A stretch of 28,663 bases of DNA, from assembly GCA_037441385.1 (NCBI GenBank), contig JBBISH010000087.1, positions 1-28,663 on the forward strand, written 5' to 3'. This document shows positions 1 to 8,521 of the stretch, piece by piece (position 1 is the stretch's first letter; every line of letters begins with the position of its first letter). This DNA comes from Myxococcales bacterium. Its GTDB lineage: Bacteria > Myxococcota_A > UBA9042. Under the pieces are notes generated by a model, which saw only the letters and a list, made by a program, of their open reading frames with translations, ran no database searches and was not told where the DNA came from. The position numbers and the translations under genes were made by a program.

Positions 1-497
1 CGGCGTAGGCCGGCGGCGGCGGGGGGCGGCGCATACGCGGGCGGCGGGGGCGGTGGTGCGTAGGCCGGCGGGGGTGGCGGCGGCGGGTAGTAGTCGTCGT
101 GGTCCGAGGGAGCCGAGGCAAAACGCGTGCTTTCGTCGTCTGCCGGCGCGTCCTCGTAGATCGGCTCGCCGCCTTGGCCGCGGTTGTAGTCGTCGTCGTC
201 AAAATCGAAGCGCATCTCGAAGTTGCCACACATCAGGTAGTGGCCATCTTCGATCGGCACCGGCTCGCCGGGCTTCAAGCGCTCGTTTTCGTAAAACGTA
301 CCGTTGACCGACTCGTTGTCCTGCAGGTAGTAGCCCTGGCCATCAAAGAACACCCGCGCGTGGTAGCGCGACACGCTTTGGTTGCTGGTGCGGATGTTGC
401 ACGACTTGTGACGGCCGATGTGGATCTCGGGTTCGCTCTCGCCGACCGGATACGAAGTCTCTACGCCTTCGTCGCTGATATACGTCACTGTCGCCAC
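1..497 (-). CDS. FHA domain protein with proline-rich repeats (partial, runs off the window start)
   Basis: Not in the ORF track because there is no stop in the window. Manual translation from GTG at 497, with GGAG upstream, gives MATVTYISDEG...IHIGRHKSCNIRTSNQSVSRYHARV...LQDNESVNGTF. This has the FHA GR, SxxH and NGT motifs, followed by an acidic linker and (YAPPPPPPPA)n. Confidence 0.85.
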   Translation of the reverse strand, partial: MATVTYISDEGVETSYPVGESEPEIHIGRHKSCNIRTSNQSVSRYHARVFFDGQGYYLQDNESVNGTFYENERLKPGEPVPIEDGHYLMCGNFEMRFDFDDDDYNRGQGGEPIYEDAPADDESTRFASAPSDHDDYYPPPPPPPAYAPPPPPPAYAPPPAAAGLR

Positions 498-681
498 GGC
501 AGACTCCACCAAATCAGAACCGCAAATCGGGGGTTGGGCCACAAGACTGGGCAGCTTGCAGCCTCGGTCAAGCCAGCAACGTAACACGCACCGGGCGGTG
601 TCGACAAGGCGGCGCGGTCACCGCTTCGTGTGGGCCCGCGGCGAGCGCGATGATCGAATTTACCTAGCAATATCATAATAA

Positions 682-697
682 TGCAGAGTGTGGGCCA
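682..697 (-). promoter_or_regulatory. Candidate sigma54 -24/-12 promoter for the FHA gene
   Basis: The minus strand reads TGGCCCACACTCTGCA against the consensus TGGCACGNNNNTTGCW, with GG and GC correctly spaced. An AT-rich tract follows it (about 657-681). Confidence 0.4.
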
Positions 698-715
698 TCG
701 TTCCGCTCCGGCCAC

Positions 716-743
716 TTGACACGCAAGCCGGCCGACCTACCTT
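716..743 (+). promoter_or_regulatory. Candidate sigma70-type promoter for dnaK
   Basis: Perfect TTGACA (716-721), 16-bp spacer, then TACCTT (738-743). Confidence 0.45.
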
Positions 744-911
744 GAGATCGACGGCAGGCCAGAGGCATTGCTGTTACATATCAAGCACTTCCGTCGCAAT
801 CTGGGACGATTCCCGGCAGCCGCCCACCCCATCCGGGTCGGCGACCGTCCCGGAGAGGCAACGGATCACCGCCCGCCCTGCAGTGCGCGGCGCTAATTGG
901 AGAAGGAACCC

Positions 912-2810
912 ATGGGCAAGATCATCGGCATCGACCTCGGTACCACCAACTCGGTCGTCGCCATCATGGAGGGCGGCCAGCCCAAGGTCATCGCCAACCA
1001 AGAGGGTGGTCGCACTACGCCCTCGGTGGTGGCTTGGAACGACAAGGGAGAGATCCTGGTCGGCCAAATCGCGCAACGCCAGGCGGTGGTCAACGGCAAG
1101 AACACCGTGTACTCGGCCAAGCGCTTGATCGGCCGCAAGTACAACGAAGTGGCCGAAGAGATTCGCCGCCTGCCGTACAAGGTCGATCCGGCCGACAACG
1201 GCGATGCGTCGGTGGTCATCAACGGCCGCAAGATGAGCCCGCCCGAAGTCTCGGCCAAGGTGCTGGCCAAGCTGAAGGCCGCCGCCGAGGCGTACCTGGG
1301 CGAGACCGTGACCGAAGCGGTCATCACCGTGCCCGCCTACTTCAACGACAGCCAGCGCAGCGCCACCAAGGACGCGGGCCGCATCGCCGGTCTGGAAGTC
1401 AAGCGCATCGTCAACGAGCCCACCGCGGCGGCGCTGGCCTACGGCCTGGACAAGAAAAGCGACGAGATCGTGGCAGTTTTTGACCTGGGCGGCGGCACGT
1501 TCGACATCTCGGTGCTCGAAATCAGCGACCACGTGGTCGAGGTCAAGGCCACCAACGGCGACACCCACCTGGGCGGCGACGACGTGGACAACGTGCTGAT
1601 CGATTTCCTGATCGCCGAGTTCAAGCGCGATCAGGGCATCGATCTGGGCAACGACGTCATGGCCAAGCAGCGCCTGAAAGAAGCCGCCGAGAAGGCCAAG
1701 ATCGAGCTCAGCCAGGCGATGGAGACCGAGGTCAACCTGCCGTTCATCACGATGGACGCCACGGGGCCCAAGCACCTGCAGGTCAAGATCACCCGCGCCA
1801 AGCTCGAGTCGCTGTGCGAAGCGCTGTTCAACCGGGTCCTGGAGCCGTGCAAGAAGGCGCTGGCCGACGCCGGCATGAAGCCCAACCAGGTCGACGAGGT
1901 CATCTTGGTCGGCGGCTCGACGCGTATCCCCAAAATCCAAGAGATGGTCAAGAGCTTCTTTGGCAAGGAGCCGAACCGCAGCGTCAACCCGGACGAAGTC
2001 GTGGCCTTGGGCGCAGCCGTGCAGGCCGGCGTCTTGGCGGGCGATGTCAAGGACATGCTGCTGCTGGACGTGACGCCGCTGAGCCTGGGCGTCGAGACCC
2101 TGGGCGGCATCATGACCGCCCTCATCAAGCGCAACACGACCATCCCCACCAAGAAGACCGAAGTGTTCTCGACGGCCGACGACATGCAGACCGCGGTGAC
2201 CGTCAAGGTCTACCAGGGTGAGCGCGAATTGGCCCGCGACAACAAGCTGCTGGGCCAGTTCAACTTGGAAGGCATCCCGCCGGCGCCGCGCGGCGTGCCG
2301 CAGATCGAGGTCACCTTCGACATCGACGCCAACGGCATCCTGCACGTGACCGCCAAGGACAAGGCGACCGGCAAAGAGAACAAGATTACGGTACAAGGTG
2401 GCTCGGGCCTCAGCAAGGACGAGGTCGACAAGCTGGTCAAAGAGGCGGAGGCCCACGCCGCCGAAGACAAGAAGCGCCGCGAAGAGGTCGAGACCAAGAA
2501 CCAGGCCGAGTCGACCATCTACCAGCTGGAAAAGATGCTGAAAGACAATGGCGACAAGATCTCGGGCACCGACAAGGAGTCGCTGGAAAAGGCCATCGGC
2601 AACGCCAAGGAGGCGGTGGCTTCGGGCGACGTCGAGCGCATCAAGACCACCCAAGAGGCGCTGAAGCAGGCGGCCTTCAAGCTGAGCGAAGCCATGTACG
2701 CGGCCAGTGGCGCCCAGCCTGGCGCGGCCCCGGAGGCGGAAGCGGCCGGCGCGGCTCAGGGCAAGGGCGGCGGCAAGGACGACGTGATCGACGCCGAATT
2801 CGACGCTTAG
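912..2810 (+). CDS. dnaK: Molecular chaperone DnaK (Hsp70)
   Basis: [48 protein letters not shown] motifs and a DDVIDAEF C-terminus. AAGGA RBS before ATG 912. Confidence 0.99.
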   Translation: MGKIIGIDLGTTNSVVAIMEGGQPKVIANQEGGRTTPSVVAWNDKGEILVGQIAQRQAVVNGKNTVYSAKRLIGRKYNEVAEEIRRLPYKVDPADNGDASVVINGRKMSPPEVSAKVLAKLKAAAEAYLGETVTEAVITVPAYFNDSQRSATKDAGRIAGLEVKRIVNEPTAAALAYGLDKKSDEIVAVFDLGGGTFDISVLEISDHVVEVKATNGDTHLGGDDVDNVLIDFLIAEFKRDQGIDLGNDVMAKQRLKEAAEKAKIELSQAMETEVNLPFITMDATGPKHLQVKITRAKLESLCEALFNRVLEPCKKALADAGMKPNQVDEVILVGGSTRIPKIQEMVKSFFGKEPNRSVNPDEVVALGAAVQAGVLAGDVKDMLLLDVTPLSLGVETLGGIMTALIKRNTTIPTKKTEVFSTADDMQTAVTVKVYQGERELARDNKLLGQFNLEGIPPAPRGVPQIEVTFDIDANGILHVTAKDKATGKENKITVQGGSGLSKDEVDKLVKEAEAHAAEDKKRREEVETKNQAESTIYQLEKMLKDNGDKISGTDKESLEKAIGNAKEAVASGDVERIKTTQEALKQAAFKLSEAMYAASGAQPGAAPEAEAAGAAQGKGGGKDDVIDAEFDA

Positions 2811-2830
2811 CCCACCACTAGTGCCATCCA

Positions 2831-2872
2831 CGCGCCTCGGCCCGTACTGCTCCCGTACGGGACCGGGGCGCG
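2831..2872 (+). terminator. GC-rich stem-loop after dnaK (attenuator or mRNA stabiliser; no U-tract)
   Basis: CGCGCCTCGGCCCGTAC - 7-nt loop - GTACGGGACCGGGGCGCG gives a stem of about 17 bp with one bulge. Confidence 0.45.
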
Positions 2873-2935
2873 GGCGTAACCGGGACGTGGCCGTCCACGC
2901 CACTCCACCAGCGCAGCCCATCTAGCAGGTTGTCC

Positions 2936-3904
2936 ATGAAAACCGACTATTACACCCTGCTGGGCGTGACCCGCGACGCCAGCCCCGAGGCGATCAAGAA
3001 GGCCTATCGCAAGCTGGCCATGCAGTGGCACCCCGACAAGAACCCCGGCGACAAGGCCGCCGAAGAAAAGTTCAAGCAAGTCTCTGAAGCGTATGCGGTC
3101 TTGTCCGACGCCGACAAGCGCAAGAAGTACGACTCGTTTGGCTCGGCCGAAGCGTTTTCGCAGAATTACTCGACCGACGACATCTTCCGCGACGTCAACT
3201 TTGACGATCTACTTGCGCAATTTGGCCTGAAGTCGTCGGGTTGGGGCAATTTCCGCGGTCGCAAGTCCGGCAGCGGCGGAGTGGGCTCGATCTTCGACGA
3301 CTTGTTCGGTACCGCGACCGCCAGCGGAGTGCGCGGCCGTCCGACCCCGCAGCCCAGCGGTCCCGCCGGAGGAGCCAGCCCAGCCGGTCGCGGCAAAGAC
3401 GCCGAAGTGCCCATCGTGGTGAGCTTTGCCGAGGCGATGAACGGCGCCGAGCGCCAGCTGCGCCTGAACATCGACGGCGAGGAGCGCCAGTTGACGGTGC
3501 GGATTCCGGCCGGCATCTCGACCGGCAAGAAGCTGCGCGTCCGCGGCGAGGGCCACAAAACCCCGATGGGCGCTGGGGATTTGAACCTGCTCGTGACCGT
3601 TGAGTCCGACTCCCGTTTCGAGCGCAAGGGCGACGACCTGCACACGGTGGCGCAGGTGCGGCCCAGTACGCTGATCCTGGGGGGCTCGGTCGAAGTCGAG
3701 ACCCTGGGCGGCAAAAAGTCGATCAAGGTCGCTGCGGGCACTTCGACCGCCGCGGTGGTGCGGATCAAGCGGCAAGGCGGGCCAATTCTTGGCAAAACCG
3801 GCGAGCGCGGCGATCTGTACGTCAAGCTGGAAGTGGTGGGCACAGCCAGCGTGACCGAGGCGCAGCAGAACGCGGCCAAGCTCTTGCGCGACGCAGGGTT
3901 GTAG
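2936..3904 (+). CDS. DnaJ-class co-chaperone, class B / CbpA-like (no zinc finger)
   Basis: J domain ([16 protein letters not shown]), G/F-rich linker and DnaJ C-terminal domain (GDL motifs). No CxxCxGxG repeats. Confidence 0.93.
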   Translation: MKTDYYTLLGVTRDASPEAIKKAYRKLAMQWHPDKNPGDKAAEEKFKQVSEAYAVLSDADKRKKYDSFGSAEAFSQNYSTDDIFRDVNFDDLLAQFGLKSSGWGNFRGRKSGSGGVGSIFDDLFGTATASGVRGRPTPQPSGPAGGASPAGRGKDAEVPIVVSFAEAMNGAERQLRLNIDGEERQLTVRIPAGISTGKKLRVRGEGHKTPMGAGDLNLLVTVESDSRFERKGDDLHTVAQVRPSTLILGGSVEVETLGGKKSIKVAAGTSTAAVVRIKRQGGPILGKTGERGDLYVKLEVVGTASVTEAQQNAAKLLRDAGL

Positions 3905-4032
3905 AGGCCGGGCCGCGCTTGGGGCGGCCATTGCCGGCAAACTAGCAGTGAAGCATTGGCAGCCTGCCGCGTTGCACGCGGTGGCGGCCGTTGACCCGGG
4001 CGCCACGCTTGGATCACCCTACGGGTCTGGGC

Positions 4033-4073
4033 GCACGCCACCCTGTACGCCACACTGTACGCCACCCAGCACG
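4033..4073 (+). repeat. 12-bp tandem direct repeat, about 3.4 copies
   Basis: GCACGCCACCCT GTACGCCACACT GTACGCCACCCA GCACG, ending at the GAGGA RBS of the next gene. Confidence 0.8.
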
Positions 4074-4084
4074 AGGAACCGTTG

Positions 4085-4951
4085 ATGAAGCCTACGTCTG
4101 CCGTCTCTTCCGTTCGCCAACCCTGGACTTCTTGGCTGGGCCGCGCCCTGGCCGTCGCCGCGCTCGCGGTGCCGCTCGTGGCATTGGCCGCCGAGTCGTC
4201 GATCTCACTGAGCGATCCGGGTGGCGACGACAACGGCCCCGGCAGCTACAAATACCCGACCAACCCCGAGTACAAGACCCACGCCTTTGACCTGCGCAAG
4301 CTGGAAGTGACCGACAAGGGCGACGAAGTCGAGTTCAAGGTGACCATGGGCGCTTCGATCGACGACCCGTGGAATTCGCGCGATTGGCCCGATGGCGGCG
4401 GCAACGGCTTCTCGCTGCAGTTCGTCCAGGTCTACATCGACACCGACCACCAGAAGGGCTCGGGCCACACGTCGCCGTTGCCCGGACTGGGCAAGGGTAC
4501 GTTTGCCGACGACGAAGCCTGGGACAAGGTCGTGCTGATCTCGCCCCAGCCCCGCACGCGCCTGGCGGCCGAAGTCAAGGCCAAGGCGGGCAGCATGAGG
4601 GCCGGCGTGATCGTGCCCAAGTCGACGCGCGCCTCGGGCAAGTCGCTCATCGCCGTGGTCAAGAAGGCCGATCTGGGCGAATTCAGCAGCAAGTGGGGCT
4701 TCAACGCCTTGGTCCAGAGCAACGAAGGCTTCCCGGTGGGCAAGGACCTGCTGACCCGCCCCGTCAACCAGACTGCCGGCCCGCACCGCTTTGGCGGCGG
4801 CGACGACAGCGACTGCGACCCGCAGTGGATGGACATGCTGGCGGGCAAGGGCAAGGGCGAGGCGGCCGAGGCCCAGGCCCAGTACAACGCCATGAAGTAC
4901 TCGTGCGGCGGCAAGGTCGCCAGCATCCCCATGGTCTACGCCGGGGAGTAG
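4085..4951 (+). CDS. Secreted glucodextranase C-terminal DOMON-like (carbohydrate-binding) domain protein
   Basis: Signal peptide ending ALA, then DPGGDDNGPGSYKYPT, FDL, PWN and GFSLQxxxxYIDT motifs typical of Glucodextran_C. Confidence 0.8.
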   Translation: MKPTSAVSSVRQPWTSWLGRALAVAALAVPLVALAAESSISLSDPGGDDNGPGSYKYPTNPEYKTHAFDLRKLEVTDKGDEVEFKVTMGASIDDPWNSRDWPDGGGNGFSLQFVQVYIDTDHQKGSGHTSPLPGLGKGTFADDEAWDKVVLISPQPRTRLAAEVKAKAGSMRAGVIVPKSTRASGKSLIAVVKKADLGEFSSKWGFNALVQSNEGFPVGKDLLTRPVNQTAGPHRFGGGDDSDCDPQWMDMLAGKGKGEAAEAQAQYNAMKYSCGGKVASIPMVYAGE

Positions 4952-4958
4952 GCGCTCG

Positions 4959-6173
4959 ATGACCACTCCGGCCGGCAGCAACTCCAACGCGAAGAGCCGC
5001 ATTCAGGCGATTCTGCTCGTGCTTTTGCTGGGCGGCGTGCTGACTGCGCTGTTTTTGTTGCTCCGGCCGGGGGCCGTTTGCGGCGACGGCGTCTGCGATC
5101 GCGACGGCGGCGAGACGTTCTTGGTGTGCGCAACGGACTGCCCCTCAGCCTGCGGCGATGGTTACTGCGACCCGGCCAAAGAAACGGTGGCCACCTGCCC
5201 GGCTGACTGCAAGACCGTGTGCGGCGACGGCCGCTGCGACGCCCCGACCGAGACCGCGGCCAGTTGCCCCAAGGACTGCGCGGTGTGCGGCAACGGCAAG
5301 TGCGAACCGCCCACCGAGACGGCCGCAAGCTGCCCCAAGGACTGCAACACCTGCGGCAACGGCAAGTGCGACGCGGGCGAGACGGCCAAAACCTGCCCGG
5401 TCGACTGTCAGCCGGCCGGCAAGTGCCGCGATCCGGCCTTCCGCAAGATGCTGGTGCGCATCGTCAAGGACTGCGAGGGCGCCTGCGGCTTCGAGGCCAA
5501 GAACCCGGTGGTGGGCTTGGAGTTGGAGCAATTCAAGACCATCTTTGCTAGCAAGGGCGATCCGGGCTACGGCACCTACTTCGCGCTGTTCGGCTGCAAC
5601 GTGTTCAACGCCGAAGGCAGCGACTGCAAAGGCTTTGACTCGTTCTACGCCGAACCGGCCAAGTGCCCGGCCGACCACGCCTTTGAGTGCGCCACTCGCG
5701 CCACCGACCCCTGCAACCCCGCGGGCGCCCAGGGCCGCTGCCAAAAGTACAGCAAGGTCATCGAAGACGAGTTCCGCGGCTTTGCGCAAAAGTGGAAGAA
5801 CGCCAAGTACTTCATCTTGCTCGGCACGGCCAGTCGCTCGGGCAACGACTCGGCGGGCGGCAAAGAGACCATGAGCGTGGGCAACCAGAAGCTGGCCCTG
5901 AAGCGCGCGGCCAGCCTGGAGTCGCTGCTGTCGCGCCTGCGGCCCGAGTTTGCCAGTCGTGGCGACCACTTGGATGGCAAGGCCTACAAGGTGGCGCTGG
6001 ATAACACCAAGCAGTTCTTCGATACGCCCGAATTCGGCGCGATGATCAAGACGCAGCTGGATGCGATGGGGCGGCCGGATCGCGGCTTTACGCCCACCAC
6101 GGCCAACGCCGTCAACCGCTCGGTGTTCGTGCTGGCGATCGAGTGCGATCTGTCGGCCGAAGGCATCGAGTAG
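4959..6173 (+). CDS. Membrane-anchored Cys-repeat protein with degenerate OmpA-like C-terminal domain
   Basis: N-terminal TM helix, five CG[DN]GxC...ET...CxxDC repeats, then C-terminal LLGTASRSG, NQKLALKRA and NRSV. Confidence 0.7.
   Translation: MTTPAGSNSNAKSRIQAILLVLLLGGVLTALFLLLRPGAVCGDGVCDRDGGETFLVCATDCPSACGDGYCDPAKETVATCPADCKTVCGDGRCDAPTETAASCPKDCAVCGNGKCEPPTETAASCPKDCNTCGNGKCDAGETAKTCPVDCQPAGKCRDPAFRKMLVRIVKDCEGACGFEAKNPVVGLELEQFKTIFASKGDPGYGTYFALFGCNVFNAEGSDCKGFDSFYAEPAKCPADHAFECATRATDPCNPAGAQGRCQKYSKVIEDEFRGFAQKWKNAKYFILLGTASRSGNDSAGGKETMSVGNQKLALKRAASLESLLSRLRPEFASRGDHLDGKAYKVALDNTKQFFDTPEFGAMIKTQLDAMGRPDRGFTPTTANAVNRSVFVLAIECDLSAEGIE
5079..5408 (+). repeat. Five intragenic four-cysteine repeats of about 21-24 aa
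   Basis: CGDGVCDRDGGETFLVCATDC, CGDGYCDPAKETVATCPADC, CGDGRCDAPTETAASCPKDC, CGNGKCEPPTETAASCPKDC, CGNGKCDAGETAKTCPVDC. Confidence 0.9.
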
Positions 6174-6199
6174 GCCGCGCCACTCCATAGGATACGAGG

Positions 6200-6310
6200 T
6201 CCGTCCGAATCGGATCGCAAAATTCGGCAATTCTTCGGGCTCGAACCGGGGTCCCCGCCTGATTCTCGCCAGTTGCGGAACGGGTCACTGGAGCCGTACA
6301 GGCGTGAATC
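6200..6310 (+). repeat. 111-bp non-coding repeat, copy A
   Basis: Manual ungapped alignment to the reverse complement of 18479-18589 gives 89/111 identities. Confidence 0.9.
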
Positions 6311-6323
6311 AGGTGGGGTGCAC

Positions 6324-6986
6324 ATGAAACCAGCGATCCTGCTCATCGAAGACGAAGCGGCGATCGCCGACACGCTGGTGTACGCCCTGCAGGCCGAAGG
6401 TTTTGAGGTGGTGTGGCGCTCGCTGGGGCAGACGGGCCTAGCGGCGCTGGCCGAGCGCGACTTTGACCTAGCGATCCTGGACGTGGGGCTGCCCGACGGC
6501 AGCGGCTTCGAGCTCTGCAAAGAGATCCGCAAAACGTCTGAGATTCCGCTGATGTTCCTGACGGCGCGCTCCAGCGAGATCGATCGGGTGGTGGGTCTGG
6601 AGATCGGCGCCGACGACTACGTGGCCAAACCGTTCAGTCCGCGCGAAGTGTGTGCGCGGGTCAAGACCATCCTGAAGCGGAGCCGCGGCACCACCGCCAA
6701 GACGGCGCTGTTCCACGTGGATGCGGGGCGGATTCGCTACTGCGGTCAGTTGCTTTCGCTGACCCGCTATGAGCTGGGGCTGCTGCAGGTGCTGCTGGGT
6801 CAGCCGGGGCGGATCTTTTCGCGGGACCAGCTGATGGACCGGGTGTGGGGCGACGCCGAAGCCTTTGATCGCACGGTCGACACCCACATCAAGACCCTGC
6901 GCGCCAAGCTGCACCAGATCGACCCGCAGCGCGATCCCATCGCCACCCACCGCGGCTTGGGCTACAGCCTGCAGCTGGCGCCGTGA
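6324..6986 (+). CDS. creB: OmpR-family response regulator CreB
   Basis: IEDEAAIADTLVYAL, LDVGLPDGSGF, GADDYVAKPFS and DRTVDTHIKTLRAKL. Stop overlaps the creC start (GTGA). Confidence 0.92.
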   Translation: MKPAILLIEDEAAIADTLVYALQAEGFEVVWRSLGQTGLAALAERDFDLAILDVGLPDGSGFELCKEIRKTSEIPLMFLTARSSEIDRVVGLEIGADDYVAKPFSPREVCARVKTILKRSRGTTAKTALFHVDAGRIRYCGQLLSLTRYELGLLQVLLGQPGRIFSRDQLMDRVWGDAEAFDRTVDTHIKTLRAKLHQIDPQRDPIATHRGLGYSLQLAP

Positions 6987-8419
6987 AGATCAGCCTAAGA
7001 ATCCTGCTGGGTTACTTCCTGATCGTGGGGATGGCGGCGTGGTTCGTCCTCAACATCTTCATGGACGAGATCAAGCCCGGCGTGCGTCAGGCCATGGAAG
7101 ACACGCTGGTCGACACGGCGCAGGTGCTGGCGCGGCTGGCGGCGCCGGATCTGCAGGCGGGCCGGATCGGCCAGGGTGCGTTTGCTCAGGCTTTGCAGGG
7201 GCTTGAACAACAGCCGCTGCGGGCGCGGGTTTGGAATTTCTCCAAGAGCAAGGTCAACACGCGGGTGTATGTCACCGACGCGCGCGGCATCGTGCAGTTC
7301 GACTCGGCCGGGCAAGCGGTGGGTCAGGACTTTTCGCGCTGGAACGACGTGTACCTGACCTTGCGCGGGCGCTACGGCGCGCGGAGCACCCAGAGCGACC
7401 CCAGCAACGCCGACTCGACGGTGATGCACGTGGCGGCGCCGATCAAGAGCGGCGAGTCCATCATCGGCGTGCTGACCGTGGCCAAGCCCAACCTGGCGGT
7501 GGCGCCGTTCATCGAGAATGGGCGTCGCAAAATCTTTCGGGCTGGCCTGTGGTTGCTGGGTCTGTCGCTGCTGATCGGCGCGGCGGTGGCGCTGTGGATC
7601 ACCGGTTCGCTGCGGCAGCTGCTCCATTACGCCGAGCGGGTGACCCGGGGCGAGAAGGCCGAGCCACCCGACCTGGGCAGCAGCGAGCTGGCGACCCTGA
7701 GCCGGGCGCTGGCCGGGATGCGCGAAAAACTGGAGGGAAAACAGTACGTCGAGCGCTACGTGCACACCCTGACGCACGAGATGAAAAGCCCGCTGACCGC
7801 GATCGGAGCGTCGGCCGAGTTGCTGCAAGGCGAACTGCCTGCCGCCGATCGCCAGCGTTTTTCGGATGCGATCGCCGAGCAGGCTGACCGGCTGCGCCAC
7901 TTGGTCGACCGGATGCTGGGGCTGGCCCAGGTCGAGTCGCGCCAGGGCCTGCAACAGCCGGTGGCGATCGACCTGGCCTCGCTGTGTGCCGAGGTGCTCG
8001 CCACCCGCGAGGCGCAGCTGCACACCCGGCAACTCGCCGTGCAGACTCAAGTTCACGGGCCCTGTACCTTGCACGGCGACCGGTTCCTGCTGGCGCAGGC
8101 GATCGCCAATCTGCTGGACAACGCCATCGACTTCAGCCCGCCCGGCGGCACGATCGAGCTGAACGTGCAGGCCGACGACGCGCAAGTGCAGGTGCAGGTC
8201 GCGGACCGCGGGGCCGGTGTGCCCGAGTATGCCCAGGCGCGGGTTTTCGAGCGGTTCTACTCGCTCGAGCGCCCGGCCACGGGCAAGAAAAGCACGGGCC
8301 TGGGGCTACCCTTTGTGCGCGAAGTGGCTCAATTGCATGGCGGAACCGCCGCGCTGACCAACCGGCCAGACGGGGGCGCGGTGGCGACGCTGCGGTTGCC
8401 GCGCCAGCCCAAAGCCTGA
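6983..8419 (+). CDS. creC: Sensor histidine kinase CreC
   Basis: RILLGYFLIV, DFSRWNDVYLTLRGRYGARST, LEGKQYVERYVHTLTHEMKSPL H-box, NLLDNAIDFSP and KSTGLGL. Confidence 0.95.
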   Translation: MKISLRILLGYFLIVGMAAWFVLNIFMDEIKPGVRQAMEDTLVDTAQVLARLAAPDLQAGRIGQGAFAQALQGLEQQPLRARVWNFSKSKVNTRVYVTDARGIVQFDSAGQAVGQDFSRWNDVYLTLRGRYGARSTQSDPSNADSTVMHVAAPIKSGESIIGVLTVAKPNLAVAPFIENGRRKIFRAGLWLLGLSLLIGAAVALWITGSLRQLLHYAERVTRGEKAEPPDLGSSELATLSRALAGMREKLEGKQYVERYVHTLTHEMKSPLTAIGASAELLQGELPAADRQRFSDAIAEQADRLRHLVDRMLGLAQVESRQGLQQPVAIDLASLCAEVLATREAQLHTRQLAVQTQVHGPCTLHGDRFLLAQAIANLLDNAIDFSPPGGTIELNVQADDAQVQVQVADRGAGVPEYAQARVFERFYSLERPATGKKSTGLGLPFVREVAQLHGGTAALTNRPDGGAVATLRLPRQPKA

Positions 8420-8439
8420 GTTCAAGCCAAAAAACGCAC

Positions 8440-8477
8440 TTCACCCTGACTTCACCGTCGGCTCATCGTGCCTTCAC
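8440..8477 (+). promoter_or_regulatory. cre-tag (CreB binding site), four units at 11-bp period
   Basis: TTCAC(8440)-N6-TTCAC(8451)-N6-CTCAT(8462)-N6-TTCAC(8473) upstream of creD. Matches the known TTCACnnnnnnTTCAC motif. Confidence 0.88.
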
Positions 8478-8521
8478 CCGGCCCCGCAAAACTGGGACTC
8501 CAACCTGTTCTGGAGTCCGCC

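Noticed and set aside
660..800. CIRCE or HAIR heat-shock operator upstream of dnaK
   Set aside because: TAGCA.../GAGTG and CTTGAG/TCAAG half-sites exist, but the spacing and sequence do not fit TTAGCACTC-N9-GAGTGCTAA or CTTGAGT-N7-ACTCAAG.
800..854. Hairpin in the dnaK leader as an RNA thermometer
   Set aside because: The stem lies about 50 nt from the RBS and does not cover it.
774..2921. 715-aa antisense ORF opposite dnaK
   Set aside because: A well-known shadow ORF caused by codon bias in GC-rich dnaK genes.
6200..6310. 111-bp element as an integron attC site or CRISPR repeat
   Set aside because: No RYYYAAC/GTTRRRY ends, only two copies 12 kb apart in opposite orientation, and no integrase or cas genes.
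6291..6325. GAGCCGTA resembling group II intron domain V
   Set aside because: No complementary TACGGTTC arm, copy B lacks the AGC triad, and there is no reverse transcriptase in the window.
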